This document shows positions 57,316 through 64,000 of a stretch of 64,000 nucleotides of DNA, piece after piece. Location: positions 2,709 to 66,708 of the forward strand of contig WRGA01000121.1 of NCBI GenBank assembly GCA_009787405.1. Direction: 5' to 3'. The first letter of the stretch is position 1, and each line of letters starts with the position of its first letter. The notes below the pieces were generated by a model. The model was not told the DNA's origin, did no database searches, and was given only the letters and a program-made list of their open reading frames with translations. The DNA comes from Candidatus Azobacteroides sp. Its GTDB lineage: Bacteria > Bacteroidota > Bacteroidia > Bacteroidales > WRGA01. The translations under genes and the position numbers were made by a program.

Positions 57316-59544
57316 TCATTCATCTATTTTCACCATTTTTTCCGTTATTGTGCCGGTTTCGGTTTGAACAATCAATAAATAAATTCCCGGATTTATCCCG
57401 CTTACGGGAATATCAGTTTGCTTCGCATCATTGCAAGCAACGAACTTTATCATTTTTCCCGATAAATCGGTTATCTTCACCGATTGAATGGTTGAACTTT
57501 CACCGAAAATATGCAATATATCTTTCACCGGATTCGGATAAAAAGTAAAGGAAGAATTAGTAACCGAAGCAATAGCCGACTGATTCTTCAATATTGTCAA
57601 ATCCATTTCATTTTTATAATCAGTGTATGAAGCAACCATTTCTTTATTGCCGACAACACTTTTTTGATATAACGTCAATTTATACGTTCCGGCAGAGGAA
57701 GTTATTTCAGGTGAAGCTAATGTAAAGGTATAATATTGGTTGTCATTAGGAATCGAAACAGCCGGTTGAGACCCGATCACTTCAATCAGCGTACCGTTTT
57801 GATACAACCCTAATTCCAGTTCTCCGACAAAAGCGCCGGTTCCACTGTTATTGATCCCGAATTCAACCGACAAAGGGCCTCCCTCATACGGGGAAGCGGG
57901 CGTTATAATAAAAGCCGGATCATCCCCGTTATACAATATCAAATCGCTGTTATCGGCAACAATTTCATTATTCACGGTTAATGGAAGAATATCCGTTGAT
58001 GCAGGATCACTTTCAATAACCATCCAGTCACCATCTGTCGGTTTTACCGCTGCACGAATTTTATAATTTCCCGCCGAAACATCGGACGAAACAGCACAAG
58101 TAACAGTAAAAGCAGATGAGAAAGAATACCCCGCCGGTAAATCTTGTTCATTATAAGTGCCTATCGGCTCAATGATCTCGTCATTATCATTTACCAAAAC
58201 AATCCCGTAAAGACCGGAAAAATCCGTAACCCCGGCGTTGGTATAAATTGCCGAAACGGTAAAATCCTCCCCTCTATTAACAGACGACGTAGAAGAACTC
58301 AAATTTGTCCCGCTTTTTAACTTCATTTCATAACTCTTTATACCGTTTTGATTCGGCATAATATTGAGAATGATCCCCTGGCTGTTGTTATACACACCGG
58401 AACCTGAACCGGCGCCGCCGGTTCCGGGATTCAACATATTCGACGCAAAATAGCCATTATGTGAACCTCCCCATCCCCAATTAAAATAAAAAAGTCCTGA
58501 ATCGTCGTATCCGTCACAAATAAAGGCATGACCACCTCCTGCATCATCTATGCCGTAATAAAATATCGGCCTGCGAGCATCGATTTCATTTCTTAACATG
58601 GCATCCCATTCATCCGGAGCATAATACATCCGTTTTTTCCCCTGAATACTCTGATCGTAACCGAAATAAGTTGTCCAGGCACTTGCCGCATCCAAACTGC
58701 CGGCCCCGCTTCCGCCGTTGGCTGCCAAATCAAAATCGGTATTCACACTGACGGCGCAATGATACATCAATGTCGCCACAGCTGCAATTTGTTCGGGTGT
58801 AGATGTTCCGTCATAAATATTGATCATATTATCCCAATCATAATTGACATTAAAATCGACAGACGGAATATCTATACTCGTCGAAGCCGTCGACGTATAA
58901 GGTTCACTGCTTCCCGTTCCCGATGCCGGATAATTATAATACTTCATGATTTGCGCCATGGCCGTAGCTACACATCCCGTAACGGGTTTCGAACCGTTTA
59001 TCAACGGACATGAATTATTGTACGGTCCGTATTGATTCCACCGGGTTTGAGTCAACGGAAGCACCGCCTGAACAGATTTCAAAGATTCTGTATTCCCGGT
59101 CAGATAAGCATTCCACGTTGCTTTTATTTCTCTACTTCGGGGCAGACTATTTTCGACGGCATACGCAATTTCCCGTTGCAAACAATCAATCCAATACGCC
59201 ATATCCGGAGGAAGACTATCCGGGTCGTATCCCCCTTTACCATATCCCAACACCGGCGCAGTCGCATCGTCGCCCGAAATCATGACAAATCCGTCATTTT
59301 CTCCGACATTAAACACATAATAATAAACTGCATCCGAGTAGGCTTTTGAATTTCTTAATCCCGTTTGACTTGCAGCGGTATACACCAACTTTAAATCAAC
59401 GGATTTACCGCTTCTCAATTGATCTTGGGAACGAACAAGTCCTAAAGCGACTTTTTCCGCCTTTTCGACATCCACTTTTCCCGCATATAAAAAAGGAAAA
59501 GAACAAATAAATATAAGTCCTGTCAACAGTCTGCCTTTAATCAT
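57316..59544 (-). CDS. Peptidase C10 cysteine protease with a T9SS sorting domain, copy B (tandem paralogue)
   Basis: 742 aa with the same motifs (TGCVATAMAQIMKYY, GHAFICDGYD, NWGWGG, FTFYPNPVKDIL...). Residues 22-68 are identical to copy A. Confidence 0.85.
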   Translation of the reverse strand: MIKGRLLTGLIFICSFPFLYAGKVDVEKAEKVALGLVRSQDQLRSGKSVDLKLVYTAASQTGLRNSKAYSDAVYYYVFNVGENDGFVMISGDDATAPVLGYGKGGYDPDSLPPDMAYWIDCLQREIAYAVENSLPRSREIKATWNAYLTGNTESLKSVQAVLPLTQTRWNQYGPYNNSCPLINGSKPVTGCVATAMAQIMKYYNYPASGTGSSEPYTSTASTSIDIPSVDFNVNYDWDNMINIYDGTSTPEQIAAVATLMYHCAVSVNTDFDLAANGGSGAGSLDAASAWTTYFGYDQSIQGKKRMYYAPDEWDAMLRNEIDARRPIFYYGIDDAGGGHAFICDGYDDSGLFYFNWGWGGSHNGYFASNMLNPGTGGAGSGSGVYNNSQGIILNIMPNQNGIKSYEMKLKSGTNLSSSTSSVNRGEDFTVSAIYTNAGVTDFSGLYGIVLVNDNDEIIEPIGTYNEQDLPAGYSFSSAFTVTCAVSSDVSAGNYKIRAAVKPTDGDWMVIESDPASTDILPLTVNNEIVADNSDLILYNGDDPAFIITPASPYEGGPLSVEFGINNSGTGAFVGELELGLYQNGTLIEVIGSQPAVSIPNDNQYYTFTLASPEITSSAGTYKLTLYQKSVVGNKEMVASYTDYKNEMDLTILKNQSAIASVTNSSFTFYPNPVKDILHIFGESSTIQSVKITDLSGKMIKFVACNDAKQTDIPVSGINPGIYLLIVQTETGTITEKMVKIDE

Positions 59545-59619
59545 AATAGTAATGTAATATCGGATAAAATAATAAATTTAAGTGAAACATCAAACAAAAA
59601 GATGTTGTTTTTTTCGGCA

Positions 59620-59627
59620 CAAAAATA
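59620..59627 (-). promoter_or_regulatory. -7 box TATTTTTG upstream of C10 copy B
   Basis: TAnnTTTG match 76 nt upstream of the ATG at 59544. Confidence 0.45.
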
Positions 59628-59792
59628 CAAAAAAGAGAGGATTCTTTGACGGTCTGTTAAAAAAGTCCGATATAAAACACCTTATTAAGAAGATTTTTTT
59701 ATAAAAATTATTAAAATCTGGTTGTTTAAGACATTTTTTTATGAAAATGTTACCTTATTTAAAACAAGCATGCCGCAATTAAAAACAAGTAT

Positions 59793-59835
59793 GACGCAAA
59801 GACGTTGAGTTTAAATTTGTTATGATTTTGTATCC
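59793..59835. repeat. Degenerate partial copy of the CAAAG/TTTAAA element
   Basis: GACGCAAAGACGTTGAGTTTAAATTTGTTATGATTTTGTATCC. The similarity is weak. Confidence 0.3.
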
Positions 59836-60062
59836 TGCTTCTTCACAGTTGAAATAACAGACATTTATTTAATGTCGGCGGGTAATCCGGGAATTATCGA
59901 TTTTTACAATAATTCTATTGCATATATTATCATTAAAGCTTAGCTTTGCGAACGATTATTACACTTGTCAGATCATATCTGTTTTTAAATATTACGAAGT
60001 GTTAAATCTATCCATGATACCATCATGGGGTTAAGTTTATTTAACAAAGTTCCGGACGTAAT

Positions 60063-61046
60063 ATGATGAATAAAGATAGTTTTTTCATGAAAACAATTAA
60101 CGGCAAATGGTCGTTAACATTGATTACTCTCGTCACCATACTTTGTTGGAGTCTTGTCATTGCTTTCAAATCAGACGATTTTTCCATCCAACCCAACCAC
60201 AGTTTATTTTTCGGCCCGCTTACAAAGCTCGTTTCCCCCCGAATTTTATTGTTTGTCAATTATCTGTTGGTGTTGGGAACAAGTTTCTTGTTATTATGGC
60301 TTGATCAGGTTTTCTCGATTATCCGAACCAAAACATTTCTTCCGTTTTTATTTTATACCCTTTTTATTACCACTGATCCCGGTTCATTCTTTTCATTGCC
60401 GGGAAATCTGACGACTCTTATTCTGTTGGCGGTTATTTATCAACTCTTCCGGTCATATCAAAAGGAAAAAAACGTGGAAGAAGCATTCAACATCGGCCTT
60501 TTGATCTCCGCGGGAAGTCTCTTCTCGACCCGGATTCTTTTTTTCATTCCTGTTATTTGGATCGGATTATCGTATACACGGGCTTTTTCCCGGAAATCGT
60601 TTTTTGCCTCCATCGTCGGATTATTGACTCCTTATTGGCTGACTTTTTGTTGGTTTTTATATCAAAAAGATATATCCGGATTTATCGAACCGTTTTATCA
60701 TTTTTTTCAGGTCAATCCTTCTTCCGCTCTCGAATACGAAATTTCCGGTTGGATCAGGGTCTGTTTTTCTCTTCTGATCACCATTTTTGCGGTGATTAAT
60801 TTCAGGATGCACAGTTTTAAAGACAAAATCAAAACCCGCACTTATTTTTATTTTATTCTGACACTTATTATTTTTGTCGCTATTTTAATCATTTTTAATA
60901 TTATACCCGTCACAGAATACGCCGGAATCTATTATTTGTCCGTCAGTTTATTTGCCGCACATTTCTTCGTGACAGTCAATTCCCGTTTATCCGCTGTTTT
61001 TTTCTATCTGTCGCTTATCACATTCATCGGTCTGCTGTTTTTTTAA
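60063..61046 (+). CDS. Polytopic integral membrane protein, function unknown
   Basis: 327 aa with about 9 hydrophobic segments and no recognisable motif. Confidence 0.55.
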   Translation: MMNKDSFFMKTINGKWSLTLITLVTILCWSLVIAFKSDDFSIQPNHSLFFGPLTKLVSPRILLFVNYLLVLGTSFLLLWLDQVFSIIRTKTFLPFLFYTLFITTDPGSFFSLPGNLTTLILLAVIYQLFRSYQKEKNVEEAFNIGLLISAGSLFSTRILFFIPVIWIGLSYTRAFSRKSFFASIVGLLTPYWLTFCWFLYQKDISGFIEPFYHFFQVNPSSALEYEISGWIRVCFSLLITIFAVINFRMHSFKDKIKTRTYFYFILTLIIFVAILIIFNIIPVTEYAGIYYLSVSLFAAHFFVTVNSRLSAVFFYLSLITFIGLLFF

Positions 61047-61048
61047 AC

Positions 61049-61086
61049 ATAATCTTAATTTTTAATTCTTAATCTCTTAATTTAAA
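61049..61086 (+). repeat. Heptamer-periodic tract in inverted orientation after the membrane-protein stop and upstream of rpsA
   Basis: ATCTTAA-TTTTTAA-TTCTTAA-TCTCTTAA-TTTAAAA. The units are the reverse complement of those at the other loci. Confidence 0.7.
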
Positions 61087-61095
61087 AAATTAGTA

Positions 61096-61103
61096 TATCT
61101 TTG
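61096..61103 (+). promoter_or_regulatory. -7 box TATCTTTG upstream of rpsA
   Basis: TAnnTTTG match 64 nt upstream of the ATG at 61167. Confidence 0.55.
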
Positions 61104-61166
61104 TGCCAATTTTGAGAAAACTAACATAATGTCCAACCCAATTAATTTTTAATATCAATATTTTTA

Positions 61167-62975
61167 ATGGAAGATAAACAAGTCAATAAAGAAGTAACCG
61201 CAAATCCGGATTTCGATTGGGCAGGTTACGAAAAAGGGGATACTTACGGAAATGTAAGCAAAGAAGATCTCACCAAAGCGTATGATGAAACCCTCAACAC
61301 CGTAAAAGACAAAGAAGTAGTTGAAGGTACCGTTATTTCGATGAACAAACGCGAAGTGGTTGTGAACATCGGTTACAAATCGGACGGAATCGTTTCCATG
61401 AACGAGTTTCGCTACAATCCCGACCTGAAAGTAGGGGATAAAGTGGAAGTTTACATCGAAAGTCAGGAAGATAAAAAAGGACAACTCATTCTTTCTCACA
61501 AAAAAGCGCGTACCACCAAATCTTGGGAACGTGTCAATTCCGCTCTTGAAAAAGACGAAATCATCAAAGGTTTTGTCAAATGCCGTACAAAAGGCGGTAT
61601 GATCGTGGATATATTCGGCATCGAAGCCTTTTTGCCGGGTTCTCAAATCGACGTGAAACCGATTCGCGATTACGATGTGTTTGTAGGCAAAATGATGGAA
61701 TTTAAGGTGGTGAAAATCAATCAAGAATTCAAAAACGTTGTTGTTTCTCACAAAGCTCTTATCGAAGCCGAATTGGAACAACAAAAGAAAAATATTATTT
61801 CCAAACTCGAAAAAGGTCAAGTGCTTGAAGGAACCGTTAAAAACATTACTTCTTACGGTGTATTCATCGATTTGGGCGGCGTAGACGGTTTGATTCACAT
61901 TACGGATCTTTCTTGGGGGCGTGTTTCTCATCCGGACGAAATTCTTCAATTAGACCAAAAACTGAATGTGGTTATTTTGGATTTCGATGACGAGAAAAAA
62001 CGTATCGCTCTCGGGTTGAAACAATTGACTCCTCATCCGTGGGATGCTTTGGACGAAAATTTGAAAGTAGGCGACAAAATGAAAGGACGTGTGGTGGTGA
62101 TGGCTGATTACGGCGCTTTCATCGAAATTGCTCCGGGGGTGGAAGGATTGATCCACGTTTCGGAAATGTCTTGGTCTCAACACTTGCGCAGCGCTCAAGA
62201 TTTTATGAAGGTGGGCGACGAAGTGGAAGCCGTTATCTTGACATTGGATCGCGACGAACGAAAGATGTCGTTGGGTATCAAACAATTGAAACCGGATCCG
62301 TGGGAAAGCATCGAAACCAAATATCCGATTGGTTCTCGTCATACCGCGAAAGTTCGCAATTTCACCAATTTCGGGGTATTTGTGGAAATCGAGGAAGGGG
62401 TTGACGGCTTGATTCATATTTCCGATCTTTCCTGGACCAAGAAAATCAAACATCCGTCTGAATTTACCCAAATCGGTGCGAATATTGATGTTCAAGTACT
62501 GGAAATCGATAAAGAAAACCGCCGCTTAAGCCTCGGTCACAAACAATTGGAAGAAAATCCGTGGGATGTTTTCGAAACAATCTTTACGGTTGATTCGATA
62601 CATGACGGCACCATCATCGAATTGCTCGACAAAGGCGCTGTAATTGCTCTTCCTTACGGGGTTGAAGGTTTTGCCACACCGAAGCATCTGGTGAAAGAAG
62701 ACGGAAGCCAAGCTCAAGTGGACGAAAAATTACCATTCAAAGTCATCGAATTCAATAAAGATGCCAAACGCATCATTCTTTCTCACAGCCGTATTTTCGA
62801 AGATGCCCAAAAAGCAGAAGCCCGCGAAGCATCGGCTGCAAAAAAGGCTGCCAAAAAAGCCAAAAAAGAGGAAGAAGCCGCTTCTGAAGAAAATGCTGCT
62901 CCTAAAGTAGAAAAAACAACACTGGGAGACATCGAAGAATTGGCTGCATTGAAAGAGAAATTATCGGAACAATAA
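61167..62975 (+). CDS. rpsA: 30S ribosomal protein S1
   Basis: 602 aa with six S1 repeats (for example GTVKNITSYGVFIDLGGVDGLIHITDLSW and AKVRNFTNFGVFVEIEEGVDGLIHISDLSW) and an Ala/Lys/Glu-rich tail. Confidence 0.95.
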   Translation: MEDKQVNKEVTANPDFDWAGYEKGDTYGNVSKEDLTKAYDETLNTVKDKEVVEGTVISMNKREVVVNIGYKSDGIVSMNEFRYNPDLKVGDKVEVYIESQEDKKGQLILSHKKARTTKSWERVNSALEKDEIIKGFVKCRTKGGMIVDIFGIEAFLPGSQIDVKPIRDYDVFVGKMMEFKVVKINQEFKNVVVSHKALIEAELEQQKKNIISKLEKGQVLEGTVKNITSYGVFIDLGGVDGLIHITDLSWGRVSHPDEILQLDQKLNVVILDFDDEKKRIALGLKQLTPHPWDALDENLKVGDKMKGRVVVMADYGAFIEIAPGVEGLIHVSEMSWSQHLRSAQDFMKVGDEVEAVILTLDRDERKMSLGIKQLKPDPWESIETKYPIGSRHTAKVRNFTNFGVFVEIEEGVDGLIHISDLSWTKKIKHPSEFTQIGANIDVQVLEIDKENRRLSLGHKQLEENPWDVFETIFTVDSIHDGTIIELLDKGAVIALPYGVEGFATPKHLVKEDGSQAQVDEKLPFKVIEFNKDAKRIILSHSRIFEDAQKAEAREASAAKKAAKKAKKEEEAASEENAAPKVEKTTLGDIEELAALKEKLSEQ

Positions 62976-62993
62976 TTTTTTCAAATTATATCC

Positions 62994-63029
62994 AAAAAAA
63001 CCGGTTCCCGAAAGGAACCGGTTTTTTTT
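62994..63029. terminator. Bidirectional rho-independent terminator (rpsA / rhuM-like)
   Basis: AAAAAAA-CCGGTTCC-CGAAA-GGAACCGG-TTTTTTTT. Confidence 0.9.
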
Positions 63030-63144
63030 ATGACTTCGACACTTTTTCTTGCGTTTTTCCTTCTATGTCTCCATAATAAAGTAATGCATCGGGATTTCCG
63101 ACATACCACTTTCTCATCTGATTTTTCTTTCTTAAATGAAATAT

Positions 63145-64000
63145 CTATTTTTTCAATTTCTTCTGTTCATTCTCGAAATTTTCGATAAAGTGTATTTCTA
63201 CCGGAGAAAGTTGAAAAGGAGTTCTTTTCTTATACCTGTCATATTCTGAATTTGCTTTTTCTTTAGCTGTTTCTGCCGAGATTGTTCCGGCATGAGTAAG
63301 CAACTCTTTTCCTGAAAGTTTCAAAAAATCATCCAATTTCCGGATCCAATCCTTCATATACATAGGGGTATGGCTTTGAGCTTGTAATTCTGCAAAATCA
63401 AGGAACAAACTGACTATGCGGTTTAATGTATCAAGTTCCCTTTCGGTCAAATAATTTTTTGCATATTCGGCATCATTACGTTTAGGCAATGCTCCTGTCC
63501 ATATCGTTAATCCCATGAAGTCTTTTTCTGCATTGGCACGAGTATATATGACTTCGGCAGCAGTATGTCCATGAGCAGAAAAATGCATTTTGTTTTGTAC
63601 CGTCGCAAAAAATGCCTTTGTAGCTTCTGTACGAGGATCATAGTCAATACTTAAAGCGTATATCTCAAGTATTTTTCGGTAGAATATCTTTTCAGATGAA
63701 CGGATGTCACGAATACGCTCCAATAATTCATCGAAATAATTTCCACCACCCGCTCGTTTTAATAAATCATCATTTAAGACAAACCCTTTTGTCAGATACT
63801 CTTTTAATACCTGTGTCGCCCATATCCGGAATCGAACGCCACGATGTGAATTAACACGATAACCTACGCTGATAATCATATCAAGGTTATAGTATGCTAC
63901 TTGATAGGTTTTTTCATCGGAAGCAGTTGTTGCAAAATATGCAACAACTGAATTGGATTGTAATTCTCCCGAATCAAATACATTTTTGATATGACGCGAA
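63145..64000 (-). CDS. RhuM-family protein, 5'-partial at the window edge
   Basis: The track ORF is 63145..63879 (MIISVGYRVNSHRGVRFRIWATQVLKEYL...). The frame stays open to base 64000 and reads ...SRHIKNVFDSGELQSNSVVAYFATTASDEKTYQVAYYNLD immediately before MIISVGYRV. That is the conserved RhuM N-terminal context, so the start lies outside the window. Confidence 0.8.
   Translation of the reverse strand, partial: SRHIKNVFDSGELQSNSVVAYFATTASDEKTYQVAYYNLDMIISVGYRVNSHRGVRFRIWATQVLKEYLTKGFVLNDDLLKRAGGGNYFDELLERIRDIRSSEKIFYRKILEIYALSIDYDPRTEATKAFFATVQNKMHFSAHGHTAAEVIYTRANAEKDFMGLTIWTGALPKRNDAEYAKNYLTERELDTLNRIVSLFLDFAELQAQSHTPMYMKDWIRKLDDFLKLSGKELLTHAGTISAETAKEKANSEYDRYKKRTPFQLSPVEIHFIENFENEQKKLKK

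Larger units (their letters stand above)
55066..59544 (-). repeat. Tandem duplication unit (two C10 peptidase genes about 2.25 kb each)
   Basis: The proteins are collinear and highly similar over about the first 540 aa. Nucleotide blocks 57085-57225 and 59341-59481 encode an identical 47-aa segment with only a few synonymous differences. Confidence 0.85.

Noticed and set aside
37250-61086. Heptamer tracts or palindromes as a CRISPR array
   Set aside because: The units are 7 nt with no spacers, the tracts are under 50 bp and dispersed, and there are no cas genes. No CRISPR array is present anywhere in the window.
61164-62495. Long antisense ORFs opposite rpsA (261 aa and 181 aa). Similar shadow ORFs lie opposite other genes, for example 406..900, 18346..19119, 24869..25570, 51816..52430, 52842..53483 and 56380..57093.
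   Set aside because: These are low-complexity, Phe/Arg/His-rich translations on the strand opposite confidently identified genes. They are typical frame shadows, not genes.
1-64000. tRNA, rRNA, transposase, integrase or prophage genes
   Set aside because: I scanned all spacers longer than 150 bp and all ORF translations. I saw no cloverleaf-like sequences, rRNA signatures, DDE/tyrosine-recombinase motifs or phage structural genes.

Overview
This is a 64-kb chromosomal segment from a Bacteroidota genome, probably Bacteroidales-like. The taxon call rests on a SusC/SusD pair, a hybrid two-component regulator, TAnnTTTG -7 promoter boxes and three proteins with T9SS C-terminal sorting domains. 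I found no rRNA, tRNA, CRISPR array, transposase or integrase.

Layout:
- 1-5.3 kb: a GT2 glycosyltransferase cut by the window edge, Tex, and uxuB/uxuA.
- 5.7-30.2 kb: a complete glucuronoxylan utilisation locus. It holds GH67, three GH10, two GH43, an SASA-type esterase, a GPH/MFS symporter, an SGBP, SusD, SusC and the HTCS regulator.
- 30.2-34.5 kb: a small accessory patch with an AT-rich NYN-domain gene, an orphan FtsX/MacB-type permease and a PIN toxin-antitoxin pair.
- 34.6-40.7 kb: dapA and a minus-strand cluster of poorly characterised transferases and hydrolases.
- 40.9-43.3 kb: class I fumarase and OmpH/Skp.
- 43.4-48.9 kb: a MarR-TolC-HlyD-ABC-2-ABC-2 efflux operon with no ATPase gene.
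- 49.7-51.2 kb: an ECF sigma module.
- 51.4-54.8 kb: aconitase and isocitrate dehydrogenase.
- 55.1-59.5 kb: two tandem C10 cysteine-peptidase paralogues that are T9SS cargo.
- 60.1-64.0 kb: a polytopic membrane protein, rpsA and a RhuM-family gene cut by the right edge.

The items most worth a second look are non-coding:
1. An ORF-free, helix-dense element of about 415 nt at 49245-49659 that I cannot assign to any RNA family from memory.
2. A dispersed family of heptamer-periodic RARTTAA tracts that begin at stop codons at six loci.
3. An associated palindromic CAAAG/CTTTG element about 80 bp long.

All functional calls come from reading motifs in the supplied translations. No database search was run.
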